Source: an uncultured cyanobacterium
Lineage (GTDB): Bacteria > Cyanobacteriota > Cyanobacteriia > Phormidesmidales > Phormidesmidaceae
Length of the DNA: 64,000 nt
Direction: 5' to 3'
NCBI GenBank assembly: GCA_963793265.1
Contig: CAWBZI010000001.1
Coordinates: 736,001 to 800,000 of the forward strand
Shown one piece after another: positions 28,563 through 39,108 of the stretch. The position numbers and the translations under genes were made by a program. The notes under the pieces were generated by a model. The model saw nothing but the letters and a program-made list of their open reading frames with translations. It made no database searches and was not told where the DNA came from. How positions within the stretch are numbered: the first letter of the stretch is position 1; each line of letters opens with the position of its first letter.

Positions 28563-29801
28563 ATGCAGACACTTTCACGGCCTTCGACTGACAATTTTGC
28601 CAGCCATTTCTCGCCATTACGACCTGACATCAGCGCTTTGCAGAGCGATTTGGTGAAATGGCGGCGGCAAATACATCAGCGGCCTGAGCTGGGATTTCAA
28701 GAAGAAATTACGGCGGGGTTTATTTGCGATCGCCTCACCCAATGGCAAATAAACTACCAAAGCAACATTGCTAAAACCGGCATTGTCGCGATTATAGAAG
28801 GCACTGGCAAAGGCGCAAACCGTCCTGTACTGGGCATTCGTGCTGATATGGACGGCTTACCTGTGCAGGAGCAAAACGAGGTGCCCTACTGCTCAGTGCA
28901 TGAGGGTAAAATGCACGCCTGTGGTCATGACGGGCACGTTGCGATCGCGCTAGGTACCGCCAAATATCTCAGCGAACACCGCGACCGGTTCGCAGGCACC
29001 GTCAAAATTATCTTTCAGCCCGCCGAAGAAGGCCCCGGTGGCGCGAAGCCCATGATCGAAGCGGGCGTACTCACCCATCCCACCGTAGACGCCATGGTCG
29101 GCCTACACCTGTGGAACAACCTACCGCTTGGCACACTTGGCGTTCGCAGCGGCCCGATGATGGCCGCGACCGAGTTTTTCACCTGTACGATTCAGGGCAA
29201 AGGCGGACACGGCGCGATTCCTCAACAAACCGTAGATGCCATTGTCGTGGGCTCCCAGGTCGTGAATACGCTGCAAACAATCGTCTCTCGCAACATCGAT
29301 CCGCTGAAGTCGGCAGTCGTCACTATCGGAGAGTTCAAAGCAGGCACGGCGGTAAATGTAATTGCCGATAGCGCTTATTTGAGCGGCACCGTTCGCTATT
29401 TTGACCCTGACTATGGCGATCTTATTCCCGAACGGCTAGAGCAGGTGATTGCCGGGATATGTGCGGCACACGGGGCGAGCTATGAGCTGGACTATTGCAA
29501 GCTGTATCCGCCAGTTGTAAATGATGGGGCGATCGCTGAACTCGTCCGCTCAGTGGCGACGACCGTTATCGAAACGCCCGCAGGTGTTGTCCCTGAGTGT
29601 CAGACCATGGGCGGCGAAGACGTGTCTTTCTTTTTAGAAGCGGTACCTGGCTGCTACTTCTTTTTGGGCTCGGCTAATCCTGAAAAAGGGCTGGATTATC
29701 CACACCATCATCCCCGATTTGACTTTGATGAGACGGCGCTTAGCGTCGGCGTAGAGACTTTTGTTCGTGTGGTCGAAAAATTTTGCGCCGTAGCGAAGTG
29801 A
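28563..29801 (+). CDS. M20D family amidohydrolase
   Basis: HQRPELGFQE, RADMDGLP, MHACGHDGH, FQPAEEG, GGEDV, HHHPRFDFDE. Confidence 0.92.
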   Translation: MQTLSRPSTDNFASHFSPLRPDISALQSDLVKWRRQIHQRPELGFQEEITAGFICDRLTQWQINYQSNIAKTGIVAIIEGTGKGANRPVLGIRADMDGLPVQEQNEVPYCSVHEGKMHACGHDGHVAIALGTAKYLSEHRDRFAGTVKIIFQPAEEGPGGAKPMIEAGVLTHPTVDAMVGLHLWNNLPLGTLGVRSGPMMAATEFFTCTIQGKGGHGAIPQQTVDAIVVGSQVVNTLQTIVSRNIDPLKSAVVTIGEFKAGTAVNVIADSAYLSGTVRYFDPDYGDLIPERLEQVIAGICAAHGASYELDYCKLYPPVVNDGAIAELVRSVATTVIETPAGVVPECQTMGGEDVSFFLEAVPGCYFFLGSANPEKGLDYPHHHPRFDFDETALSVGVETFVRVVEKFCAVAK

Positions 29802-29839
29802 TATAAGTGGAGATATCCCTTTTGATTGTAGATTCAGGA

Positions 29840-29924
29840 GCCCTCATCCTAAATCCTTCTCCCGAGGGGAGAAGGACTTTGAATCCGGCTCCCTCTCCCT
29901 TCGGGAGAGGGTTGGGGTGAGGGC
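29840..29924. repeat. 85-bp palindromic REP/BoxC-like intergenic element, copy 1
   Basis: GCCCTCATCCTAAATCCTTCTCCC..GGGAGAAGGACTTTGAATCCGGCTCCCTCTCCC..GGGAGAGGGTTGGGGTGAGGGC. Near-identical to the reverse complement of 43928-44012. Confidence 0.85.
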
Positions 29925-29972
29925 CTCGGGAATGAATGAAAACAGTCTAATTCTCAATCTTCTTCTGCCCTC

Positions 29973-31070
29973 ATGAGTGCTTCTAATTCTGATAGTTTGA
30001 GCCATCCACCCAGCGATTTTCCTTTAGAGGCGGCAGCACGGACAGACGTTCTCACGGCAGTAAGCGCCAAGCTCGACGAATACGCATTTCCTGAAATCGC
30101 TCAAAAGATCCAACAAGACATTCAAAACCGAATGGCTGCCGAAGGCTACCAGGACATCACCAGCGGCGCACAGCTAGCCGAAACGCTAACTGCACAGCTC
30201 CAAACCCTCAGCGGAGATCTCCACCTCAAGGTTTACTTCAGCCCAGCCGTCCTACCCCATCTAGAGCCACAGACTGAGATTTCGCCCGAAGAACTCGCTC
30301 ATCAGCGCCGCCTCAGCGAACTGCGAAATTTTGACTTCAACTGCGTCGAAAGGCTGCGCGGAAACATTGGCTACCTGGAGCTTTTTAGCTTCGAGCCACC
30401 CGAATTTGCCGGAGACGCTGCCGCTGCCGCCATGCAGTTTTTGGCTCACACCAGCGCCCTGATCATTGACCTGCGTCGAAATCGCGGCGGCTCAGCCAGC
30501 ATGGTTGCCCTACTCACCAGCTATTTACTACCGCCTTATCCCGCCGTTCATCTAACCGACCTGTACTGGCCCAAAGAAAACCGCACGCAGCAGTCTTGGA
30601 CGCTGCCACACGTGAGCGGCGCGCGCTACCTCGACAAGCCGGTTTATATCCTCATCGGCCCTGATACATTCTCAGCCGCAGAAGAATTTGCCTACAACCT
30701 CAAGCACTTAAACCGAGCCGTCATCGTTGGTGAAACTACCGCAGGCGGCGCTAATCCTGGTGCAGGCTTTAGGCTACACGACCATTTCTGGATGTTTATC
30801 CCCACCGGGCAGGCAACCAGCTCAGTCACTCAAGAAAGCTGGGAAGGTAGCGGCGTATTGCCAAGCTTCAAAGTACCAAAGGAACTGTCATTAAAAACGG
30901 CGCAGCTCTTAGCGATTAGAAAGCTTTTGCGAGACGAGGACGAAGGTCAAAATCCAAGCCGGATGGAGCGTAGCCTGCGCCAAGAATTGGAAGACTCGCT
31001 GACGAAAGTAGAAGCTGATTTGAATCAAATGCAGCAAGACCTGGTAAGTAACATGAGTAAGATCCGATAG
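29973..31070 (+). CDS. S41 family peptidase (IRBP-like)
   Basis: GNIGYL, LIIDLRRNRGG, TFSAAEEF, VGETTAGGA, WEGSGVLP. Confidence 0.9.
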   Translation: MSASNSDSLSHPPSDFPLEAAARTDVLTAVSAKLDEYAFPEIAQKIQQDIQNRMAAEGYQDITSGAQLAETLTAQLQTLSGDLHLKVYFSPAVLPHLEPQTEISPEELAHQRRLSELRNFDFNCVERLRGNIGYLELFSFEPPEFAGDAAAAAMQFLAHTSALIIDLRRNRGGSASMVALLTSYLLPPYPAVHLTDLYWPKENRTQQSWTLPHVSGARYLDKPVYILIGPDTFSAAEEFAYNLKHLNRAVIVGETTAGGANPGAGFRLHDHFWMFIPTGQATSSVTQESWEGSGVLPSFKVPKELSLKTAQLLAIRKLLRDEDEGQNPSRMERSLRQELEDSLTKVEADLNQMQQDLVSNMSKIR

Positions 31071-31227
31071 CAGTTGTAACGCTACGTATAAAAACTGTTG
31101 CGAACCACAAACTAATGACAAATATCTATTGATTGCATAAGGTTTTTGTGAATACTGAAGAACGCGGCTGCTAGCAGTTAACAATAGTTAGTCGTATTTA
31201 ACAGCATTGCTTTCAAGGCAAAATTCC

Positions 31228-32178
31228 ATGATCTCTTCAGCGCCTCAGTCCGTCACAAAACGCTCGGAAAATCCGTCTAGATTCAGTCGGGTGAAAGGTA
31301 TGCATCTGTGGAAACTGAGCTTGGGGAGTGTGGCGATCGCACTGAGCCTCTCAAATATAGCGATCGCCCAAACCAACCTCGACCAACCAAACCCCGCCCA
31401 ACCAAACCCAACTGCCATCAGCCAAACGCAAATCGTACCCGGCGAAGTCATCGCCCCACCCGCAGCTCCAACCCCAGCCCCCGCGCCCTTCTCGCCTAAC
31501 CTAGCGGGCATCACCGACCTATCAGCAGACGCCAACGCCATCAGAAGCGCGGGCCAACTGCGACCTGCGAACCCAGAAGCGCTAGGTGATGACAACGTGG
31601 ACTGGATAAAGTCCGTTGTTCTGCCTCTATACGCATCACCGGGCGGCGAGCACTGGGGCTGGATTTACCAGGGCTGGCTCATTCCTGAAGGGCAAACCCC
31701 GTTGGCAATTGGTCGAGATGCAAGCTTTGCCATGATCAAAGCCTACGAAAATCTGTACACTTTTCCCGTACTTGAAGTCCGCGAAGACGGCTGGTTTCGA
31801 GTGCAATACACCCAGGGCGGCAGCGCTTGGGCACATTCTTCACAGCTAGAACTCGGTGAGGTTCCTTTGAGCGTAGAAGGTTGGGAAGATCGGCTACAGG
31901 CCCAAGATGCGGTTTACTTTTTGCAGACAGGAGAGGCTCAGGCATTGCGATCGCAGCCCCAAGCCGCCACCAACATGCTAAGCCTAGTACCCTCTGGCAG
32001 TCTCATTGAGCCCTTAGCCTTCGACGGCGACTGGATGCAGGTGCGCGTTACTAGGCCCGCCTCTAGTTGCCGCCCATTGACAGGCGCGACCACCACCGAA
32101 GGCTGGATGCGCTGGCGCAGCGAAACCCGCGAGTCTTTAGTGTGGTACCGACCCGAAGGCTGCTTATCTGAAAGCTAA
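31228..32178 (+). CDS. Secreted hypothetical protein, possible SH3-like domains
   Basis: Signal-like AIA/Q, Pro-rich linker, EDGWFRV..AWAH and GDWMQV..EGWMRW patterns. Start uncertain. Confidence 0.6.
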   Translation: MISSAPQSVTKRSENPSRFSRVKGMHLWKLSLGSVAIALSLSNIAIAQTNLDQPNPAQPNPTAISQTQIVPGEVIAPPAAPTPAPAPFSPNLAGITDLSADANAIRSAGQLRPANPEALGDDNVDWIKSVVLPLYASPGGEHWGWIYQGWLIPEGQTPLAIGRDASFAMIKAYENLYTFPVLEVREDGWFRVQYTQGGSAWAHSSQLELGEVPLSVEGWEDRLQAQDAVYFLQTGEAQALRSQPQAATNMLSLVPSGSLIEPLAFDGDWMQVRVTRPASSCRPLTGATTTEGWMRWRSETRESLVWYRPEGCLSES

Positions 32179-32422
32179 GTAGCACACAGGCGTAAACTAC
32201 TGATATCTCCCGCGGTATTGCACCGTCTTTAGATCATCTTAAGATTGGCTTATCTTGGCGATGGCTTTTGCCGTACAATCACTTAAGCGAAAAGCGTTGG
32301 ATTAGTGGTTGCAGCAAACGTCAGAATGCACTAGCTCATTTTTTCTGTAGCGCTACAGATTGAGCAGTTTCGCGCTGAAGATCTTCGCTTTAAAAGAAGT
32401 TTTACTCTAGGCATCTCTTCCT

Positions 32423-34012
32423 ATGTCGATCGGTTATGTTGCACTCGTTCTCCACGCTCATCTCCCCTTCGTTCGCCACCCTGAGAGCGACTTTGTACTA
32501 GAAGAAGAATGGCTATTCGAGGCCATTACTGAAACCTATGTGCCTTTGCTCACCATGTTTGAGGGGCTAAAGCGCGACGGCATCGACTTTAAGATGACCA
32601 TGAGCATGACCCCGCCGCTAGCCTCTATGCTGCGCGATCCGCTGCTACAGGAGCGCTACGACGTGCATCTCACCCAGCTAGAAGAGCTGCTAGAGATGGA
32701 GATTTCTCGCAACACGCACAACGGTCATATCAAGTATTTGGCTGAATACTATGCGAATGAGTTTGCGCAGGTTCGTAAGGTATGGGAGTACTATAGCGGC
32801 GATTTAACCAAGGGCTTTCGTAAGTTTTTAGAAAGCGGCAATCTCGACATTATGACCTGTGGGGCCACGCACGGTTATCTGCCGCTGATGAAAATGTATC
32901 CCGAGGCAGTGTGGGCACAAATTGAGGTGGCCTGCCAAAGCCACGAAGATAACTTTGGCCGCAGACCCACGGGTATTTGGCTTCCTGAGTGCGCCTACTA
33001 CGAAGGGCTAGAGCGAATGCTAGCCGATGCGGGACTGCGCTATTTTCTCACTGACGGTCACGGCATTTTGTACGCCCGTCCGCGGCCTAGATACGGAGCC
33101 TACGCGCCGATTTACACCGAATCAGGCGTCGCCGCCTTTGGTCGCGATCAGGAATCTTCGCAGCAGGTGTGGTCTTCAAAAGTCGGCTATCCTGGCGCTT
33201 CAGAGTACCGAGAGTTTTATCGCGACTTAGGTTGGGATGCCGAGTATGAGTACATTAAGCCCTACATTATGCCAAACGGGCAGCGCAAAAATGTCGGCAT
33301 CAAGTATCACAAAATTACAGGTAAGGATGTCGGCGGCTCAGATAAAGCCTGGTACGACCCTTACTGGGCGCGTGAGAAAGCAGCCGAGCACGCTGCTAAC
33401 TTTATGTTCAACCGCGAGCAGCAGGTCGGCAAGCTTCACAGCATGATGCAGCGCAAGCCCATCGTTGTTTCACCCTACGATGCCGAACTCTACGGCCATT
33501 GGTGGTACGAGGGCCCCTGGTTCTTAGACTACTTTTTCCGTAAGAGCTGGCACGACCAGGGCACTTACGAAATGACGCACCTAGCCGACTACCTTCAAAG
33601 CAATCCGACTCAGCAGGTGGCGCGGCCCTCGCAGTCCAGTTGGGGCTACAAGGGCTTTCATGAATACTGGCTGAATGAAAAGAATGCCTGGGTTTACCCG
33701 CATTTGCACAAAGCGGCTGAGCGTATGATTGAGCTGGCCCGGCGCGAACCGGCAGACGAGTTGCAGTGGCGAGCGCTAAATCAGGCGGCGAGAGAACTGC
33801 TGCTAGCGCAGGCTTCAGACTGGGCCTTTATTATGCGGACGGGCACGATGGTGCCTTATGCCGTGAGAAGAACCAGATCGCACCTAATGCGGTTCAACAA
33901 ACTGTGGGAAGACATTCGCGCTGAGCAAATTGACGCGGGATGGCTAGAGAAGGTGGAAGAAATCGACAATATCTTCCCGAATGTGAACTACAGAACGTAT
34001 CGCCCTTTGTAG
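32423..34012 (+). CDS. Glycoside hydrolase family 57 (DUF1957, branching-enzyme-like)
   Basis: LVLHAHLPFV, EAITETY, GIWLPECAY, PYDAELYGHWWYEG, LAQASDW. Confidence 0.93.
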   Translation: MSIGYVALVLHAHLPFVRHPESDFVLEEEWLFEAITETYVPLLTMFEGLKRDGIDFKMTMSMTPPLASMLRDPLLQERYDVHLTQLEELLEMEISRNTHNGHIKYLAEYYANEFAQVRKVWEYYSGDLTKGFRKFLESGNLDIMTCGATHGYLPLMKMYPEAVWAQIEVACQSHEDNFGRRPTGIWLPECAYYEGLERMLADAGLRYFLTDGHGILYARPRPRYGAYAPIYTESGVAAFGRDQESSQQVWSSKVGYPGASEYREFYRDLGWDAEYEYIKPYIMPNGQRKNVGIKYHKITGKDVGGSDKAWYDPYWAREKAAEHAANFMFNREQQVGKLHSMMQRKPIVVSPYDAELYGHWWYEGPWFLDYFFRKSWHDQGTYEMTHLADYLQSNPTQQVARPSQSSWGYKGFHEYWLNEKNAWVYPHLHKAAERMIELARREPADELQWRALNQAARELLLAQASDWAFIMRTGTMVPYAVRRTRSHLMRFNKLWEDIRAEQIDAGWLEKVEEIDNIFPNVNYRTYRPL

Positions 34013-34039
34013 GCGTTCAGGGACGCGGTGTAGTTTCTC

Positions 34040-35020
34040 ATGTTCAGCTTTTGGCTTTTGCCTGTTTTATTAGTAACGGGTGTTTATCAGGCGATCGCAC
34101 TCATCCACGAAAACAAACAAAAGCCCCCCGGACGCCTAATCGACGTAGGCGGACATCGCTTGCATCTGTTACACATCCCTTCAACTAACCAAACTATTGC
34201 CAATAGACCGACTGTGATAATCGACCACAGTCTAGGTGGGGTAGAAGGCTATTTGTTGATTAAAGAGATTGCACAGGATGCTGAAGTTTGTTTGTGCGAT
34301 CGCGCTGGCTACGGCTGGAGTGACGTGAGTAAACGGCCCACCACGAGTGAGGAGAGTGTGCGATCGCTCAACACTGCCCTCGCCAAGGCCAATATAAAAC
34401 CACCCTACATTCTCGTTGGCGATTCCCTCGGCAGCTACAACATGCGTCTTTACGCGCACCACTTTCCAGAAAAAGTCGTCGGCATGGTGCTCACCGATGG
34501 CCTCCACGAAAAAGCCCTGCTTAAAATGCCAGTACAGCTACGGCTCCTACAGCTTTTCTTCCTGGCAGGCTTCATCATTAGCATTCCAGGCTCCGCATTA
34601 GGCGTTATCCGCGCTGCCGCCCACCTCGGCCTATTTACCCTTCTCAAACCAGAACTAAAGCAAGCCTCACCCACCGATCTCAAGCCAGTCATCCGAAGCT
34701 TCTGTCGGCCTAAGCACTGGCTCACCATGGCCCGCGAAATCGCGAACATAGACAGTAGCGGCCAGCAATTAAAAATGGCTAATATGTTTGGCAATCTCCC
34801 TATCGTCAACATCAAGGCACGTTACTTTTTCAAACCTACCTGGCTCACCGAAAGACTTCCTCTCAGAAAAGTCGAACAGCTACGTGAAGAAATGCATACT
34901 GACTTAATGACACTCTCCACTCGCTGTACTCAGCTAACAGCGAACAGCAGTCACTTCGTATGGATCGATCAGCCACAAGTGATTGTGCAAGCTGTGCAAT
35001 TGCTGTTATGGAAAAAGTAA
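34040..35020 (+). CDS. Alpha/beta hydrolase with N-terminal membrane anchor
   Basis: PPGRLIDVGGHRLH, DRAGYGWS, GDSLGS, SHFVWIDQP. Confidence 0.85.
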   Translation: MFSFWLLPVLLVTGVYQAIALIHENKQKPPGRLIDVGGHRLHLLHIPSTNQTIANRPTVIIDHSLGGVEGYLLIKEIAQDAEVCLCDRAGYGWSDVSKRPTTSEESVRSLNTALAKANIKPPYILVGDSLGSYNMRLYAHHFPEKVVGMVLTDGLHEKALLKMPVQLRLLQLFFLAGFIISIPGSALGVIRAAAHLGLFTLLKPELKQASPTDLKPVIRSFCRPKHWLTMAREIANIDSSGQQLKMANMFGNLPIVNIKARYFFKPTWLTERLPLRKVEQLREEMHTDLMTLSTRCTQLTANSSHFVWIDQPQVIVQAVQLLLWKK

Positions 35021-35067
35021 CAACGCCATTCGCCCATCATGAGCAGATGATGTGTTGCTATTGACCG

Positions 35068-35532
35068 TTAAACCAGCTCACTATTGTCGCCTGGAAAGAA
35101 TTGCGGATCGATAATTTGTGCCCAGCTATAGGTCACCGCTTCAGGAAAGGCACTTTCTGGAAGCTCAGTTTCACCCATCGCTAAATCTCTAGCGTTGATG
35201 TAGGCACTGGTCACAGCTTCTTCTAGATAAGGCTTTAAACTGGGGCTCTCTTGCAGCAGTCTTAGCAAATCACGGCGCTGAACACGAATCATTGCTAGCC
35301 AGCTACGGCTCCTCTTTTCGGGCTGGTACTCCCATTTCAACAAGTGAGCGAGCAGCACAGCTAAACGACTACGCATTTCTCGCCTTTGCTGCTTACCCAA
35401 AGACTCAATCTCCTCAACCAGGTTAGGCACATCGATATCGTTCCACTGCCCAGACTGTAATAGCGAGGACTGTTGCTGTGTCCAAGCATAGAAGTCTTCT
35501 TCGTAGCAGGTTTTTCCTTTCTGACCTTTCAT
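35068..35532 (-). CDS. DUF29 family protein
   Basis: YEEDFYAW..NLVEEIESLG..LLAHLLKWEYQP..SPSLKPYL. Start uncertain. Confidence 0.88.
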   Translation of the reverse strand: MKGQKGKTCYEEDFYAWTQQQSSLLQSGQWNDIDVPNLVEEIESLGKQQRREMRSRLAVLLAHLLKWEYQPEKRSRSWLAMIRVQRRDLLRLLQESPSLKPYLEEAVTSAYINARDLAMGETELPESAFPEAVTYSWAQIIDPQFFPGDNSELV

Positions 35533-35738
35533 CAAAACAAAGCTGTCTTTATAGTCTTTCATCTCGACTGTCCACAAAATTTAGGGATAAAAGATAGTCC
35601 GAATCTTCGCTCGATCTTAGTGCGTAATTAACAGGTGCAGCAAAGCTGATATTCATGTGACAAATGTGATACTAATGGAGTACAGGAGGTTTTGATAGAC
35701 TCTTGTCTTTATCGCTGTCATACCCTGAAGGATAGTAC

Positions 35739-35996
35739 ATGCCAAATAAAACCCTACGTGTTCAGGCGAGAATAGAACCAGAACTAAAAGTTGCGGCTGA
35801 GAAAGTTTTTGAAAGCCTTGGTCTAACGCCTACTGAGGCTATTCGTGTCTTTTACAGACAGGTAGAGCTTCATCAAGGTCTACCTTTTGATTTAAAAATT
35901 CCTAATGAGACGACTCTGGCCGCCCTCGCTGAGGCAGAGAATATAGAAAACTTAGAAACTTATACCAATACCAGTGATCTTTTTGAGAACTTGTAG
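35739..35996 (+). CDS. dinJ: RelB/DinJ family antitoxin
   Basis: QARIEPELK..AEKVFESLGLTPTEAIRVF..GLPFDLKIPNETT. Directly upstream of a YafQ-like toxin. Confidence 0.85.
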   Translation: MPNKTLRVQARIEPELKVAAEKVFESLGLTPTEAIRVFYRQVELHQGLPFDLKIPNETTLAALAEAENIENLETYTNTSDLFENL

Positions 35997-36023
35997 GCAA
36001 ATACAAATGAACGGCAGAACTCA

Positions 36024-36293
36024 GTGCGTGAACTCAAAATTACTAGCCAGTTCAAAAAAGATCTGAAGAAGGCAAAGCAGAGAGGAAAAGAACTAGAAAA
36101 ACTCAATACGATAATCAGCGACATTAGAGAAGGCATGACGTTAGATCCGAAATATTTAGATCACGCTTTGTCAGGGAATAGAAAGGGTAGTCGCGATTGC
36201 CATATAGAACCGGACTGGCTTCTAATCTATAAGGTTTCTGGCAATACTCTTATCCTCGTAAGAACAGGAAGTCATTCAGACTTATGCAGATAA
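36024..36293 (+). CDS. yafQ: YafQ family mRNA interferase toxin
   Basis: TSQFKKDLKK, DHALSGN, RDCHIEPDWLLIY, RTGSHSDL. Confidence 0.9.
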   Translation: MRELKITSQFKKDLKKAKQRGKELEKLNTIISDIREGMTLDPKYLDHALSGNRKGSRDCHIEPDWLLIYKVSGNTLILVRTGSHSDLCR

Positions 36294-36316
36294 CAGCAGT
36301 TGCTTAAAGCAAAGAA

Positions 36317-36343
36317 GCGATCGCACTCAATAAATGCGATCGC
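36317..36343. terminator. HIP1-based hairpin between convergent yafQ and petA
   Basis: GCGATCGCA-N9-TGCGATCGC. Confidence 0.5.
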
Positions 36344-36376
36344 CCTTTCACAATTCAAACCCAAAGCTATCGAAAC

Positions 36377-37375
36377 TTAGAAGCTCATTTCAGCCGCCTG
36401 AACTTTCTCAACCTGCTTCTTCTTCAGAACCAACAGAATTTGAGAGAGACTGATTGCAGCCAAGAAAGCAATCAAACCTTTAATGCGATTAGGGCTCTGT
36501 AGCACCATCTCTTTCTCAGTTTGACCAAAGCCGCCCATATTAGGATTGCTCGTCAACGGCTTACCCGCTTCAACCGCATCACCCTGATTCACCAGTAGCT
36601 CAGGGCCGACTGGAATATCTTCGGTGACCGTGCTGCCATCTTCTTTGTTAATAGTCACGGTGTAGCCCGCATCTGTCTTATCAATCGCAGCAATCGTACC
36701 CGTTGCAGGCGCATTGTAAACCGCGTTGTTAGAAGCTAGGCCCGTGGGATATACCTGGCCGCGACCTCGGTTACCGCCTACAAATACCAGATTTTTACCA
36801 AAGTGAACGTTCTTGTTAGTCGCCGGGTCAGGAGAGAGCACAGGAAACACGATTTCCTGGTACTGTTCGCCGGGCAAGGGGCCAACAATCACCCAGTTAG
36901 GGTGCTCATCGCTGTATTCCTGGAAGTAGGTGCTGCCAACCTCTTCTTGAATGTCCTCAGGAATACGGTCAGGAGGAGCAATCGTGAAGCCTTCAGGCAA
37001 CATCATTACTGCGCCAACGTTGAGGCCACCTTTGCTACCGTCACCGAGCACTTGCTGCGTGTCAAGATCGTAAGGAATCTCGACGGTGGCTTTAAATACG
37101 GTGTCAGGCAAAACGGACTGAGGCACTTCAAGGATGGTCTTTTTCTCAGCGAGGTGACAGTTAGCGCACACGATGCGGCCCGTCGCTTCGCGAGGCGTCT
37201 CGTAGTTTTCTTGAGCCCAAAAGGGGTAAGCCTGAGCAGTCTCGGGCATTACCCAGCTACTCGAGCAAAGCAAAATGAACGCTGCAAGCAGAACGCCTGC
37301 GCTCTGGAAACCAGAATTAAAGCCAGATATTAGCTTAGAAAAAATAGATCTTGCGGTCATGGGTAGGGATTTCAT
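36377..37375 (-). CDS. petA: Apocytochrome f
   Basis: AYPFWAQ, CANCH heme motif, [21 protein letters not shown]. Start could be 37360. Confidence 0.97.
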   Translation of the reverse strand: MKSLPMTARSIFSKLISGFNSGFQSAGVLLAAFILLCSSSWVMPETAQAYPFWAQENYETPREATGRIVCANCHLAEKKTILEVPQSVLPDTVFKATVEIPYDLDTQQVLGDGSKGGLNVGAVMMLPEGFTIAPPDRIPEDIQEEVGSTYFQEYSDEHPNWVIVGPLPGEQYQEIVFPVLSPDPATNKNVHFGKNLVFVGGNRGRGQVYPTGLASNNAVYNAPATGTIAAIDKTDAGYTVTINKEDGSTVTEDIPVGPELLVNQGDAVEAGKPLTSNPNMGGFGQTEKEMVLQSPNRIKGLIAFLAAISLSQILLVLKKKQVEKVQAAEMSF

Positions 37376-37449
37376 GCGTGCTAGCAAGGTAACGGAGGTA
37401 TTTAACACAAACTCTTTTAAAGGACTCTCTTTAAAGAGAGAACATCGGC

Positions 37450-37989
37450 TTACCACCAGGGCTTGTCGCCTGTGCGGAAGTCTGTTTCTGTCCAGTTGGT
37501 GAGCACGACGTTTTCATCTTCACTGACATCGGCGTGAGCAAGTGCAAGTGACAACGGCGCAGGGCCGCGAACAACCTTGCCGGTAGCATCGTACTGGGAG
37601 CCATGGCAAGGGCACTTGAACTTGCCTTCGTTCACATCCCAAGGAACGACGCAGCCAAGGTGTGTGCAAATAGAGCTGATGCCATAGCTTTCTAAGCCGC
37701 CTTCTTCTTTAACAACCAGATAAGTCGGGTCGCCTTTGAGCCCTTGAACCAACACGCGATCGCCTGGATTGTGCTCTTCTAGAAAGGCTGAAGCGTTAAC
37801 ATTGTCACCCAAGGCATCTTTTGCGGTAACGCCGCCACCGCCGCCGCCACTGCTGGGCGGGATGAAGTATTTAATTACCGGATACGAAGCGCCCAAAACA
37901 GTACCTGTGATGGTACCGAAAGTTAGCAGGTTCATAAATTGGCGACGCCCTAAATCAGGGACATCGGGGTTTCCAGAAGCTTGGGTCAT
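37450..37989 (-). CDS. petC: Cytochrome b6f Rieske iron-sulfur subunit
   Basis: Tat motif [30 protein letters not shown]. Confidence 0.97.
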   Translation of the reverse strand: MTQASGNPDVPDLGRRQFMNLLTFGTITGTVLGASYPVIKYFIPPSSGGGGGGVTAKDALGDNVNASAFLEEHNPGDRVLVQGLKGDPTYLVVKEEGGLESYGISSICTHLGCVVPWDVNEGKFKCPCHGSQYDATGKVVRGPAPLSLALAHADVSEDENVVLTNWTETDFRTGDKPWW

Positions 37990-38273
37990 AGGTCAGCTAT
38001 CAAAACGCTACATGTTTCTTAGCTTATTATTACATCGTTCAGAGCCTCGAAAGCCTCGTTATGAGAGAACGGCTCACGGGCGAAGCGTGGTAGTGAAGAG
38101 GTTGCCAGCCGGATAAGAAGGTGCTTGTTATCTCTGCTACTTCATTGGAAACGGTTGCTAGATAGAGTAAATAAGGGGTTTAAGAGATTTAAACCGATTT
38201 AGAAAGGTGTTCGTTAAAGGCACTAATTGCACGTTAAACCGGCATGTTTGGCATTGTAAAATGCTGTTTTAAT

Positions 38274-38291
38274 AATGTAAATAAATGTAAC
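38274..38291 (-). promoter_or_regulatory. HLR1 (RpaB-binding) motif upstream of petC-petA
   Basis: Minus strand GTTACATT-TA-TTTACATT, a perfect (G/T)TTACA(T/A)(T/A)-N2 direct repeat. A TACAAT -10-like box lies at 38253-38258 on the same strand. Confidence 0.65.
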
Positions 38292-38301
38292 TCTAGATAC
38301 A
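38286..38301. promoter_or_regulatory. NtcA-type site overlapping HLR1
   Basis: TGTA-ACTCTAGA-TACA matches TGTA-N8-TACA. It is not at the canonical ~22-nt spacing from a -10 box. Confidence 0.4.
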
Positions 38302-38409
38302 AACCGTTCTCTCATAAAGCCCGACCCACAAACAGACAGCCTGTCAATAACCGCTACCATCAAAAAGAATGCGATCGTCCGCCTAATCAATCTCACCTGA
38401 CCTCGCCCT

Positions 38410-38727
38410 ATGACCGGCCAAGACCTACACGAACTGTTGATAGAGAAATGGGGCTATTCCTACGACGTACAGCTCCGTAAGCTTCCGCGCAAAGTTTTCT
38501 TTCAGGTGATGTGGCGCTACTTAGAGCAGGCGTCTTTTCCGATGAGTGAGGGCGACTACTTTGCCCACTTAGATGAGGTCACCGCCTACCTCAATGCTTG
38601 GGGCGCGACCGGGCAGATTCAGTCTTTTATAGAACAAACCAACGAAAGGCCCCGACTGGGCAAAGCCGTTAGCATTCCGGTTGATTTGGGCTCTAGGGCT
38701 TCTGAGTGGCTGATAGATGACAAATAG
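38410..38727 (+). CDS. DUF3067 family protein
   Basis: KWGYSYDVQL..QVMWRYLEQASFP..RPRLGKAVSIP. Usual neighbour of petC in cyanobacteria. Confidence 0.85.
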   Translation: MTGQDLHELLIEKWGYSYDVQLRKLPRKVFFQVMWRYLEQASFPMSEGDYFAHLDEVTAYLNAWGATGQIQSFIEQTNERPRLGKAVSIPVDLGSRASEWLIDDK

Positions 38728-39108
38728 ACTTCAGTTAAAGAAAGAATAAGTCACCCTAAAGAAAAATCAATGGCTGTAAAGAATGCAGCGATTGTTAGGT
38801 ATTCATGACAGGGCGTTACGTACAGACAGTAGTATTTGAGTGCGAGTTTCTTCGTATACTAAAGCCTTTCAGGTTTGTATATAAAAGACGCCCTATATTG
38901 ACCAAAATTTTAGACATCGATCAAAAATTGCGGATTCCTCTAAAACAGTCCTAGCGATAGGGAAAAAATAAGCACGTAGCGCTTTAGGGTAGGGCATCTA
39001 TTGCCTTTAGAACCTGGTTATAGGCTGCGTTTTATTTCTGTAGTAGGAATCCGTGACTGAATGCTAAGGTTTTTTTGACCATCTCCATACAAGTTTTGAG
39101 GGCCAGCC

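Noticed and set aside
32344..32359. Perfect palindrome TCTGTAGCGCTACAGA upstream of the GH57 gene as an NtcA site
   Set aside because: The spacing is GTA-N4-TAC, not N8, and no regulator could be assigned.
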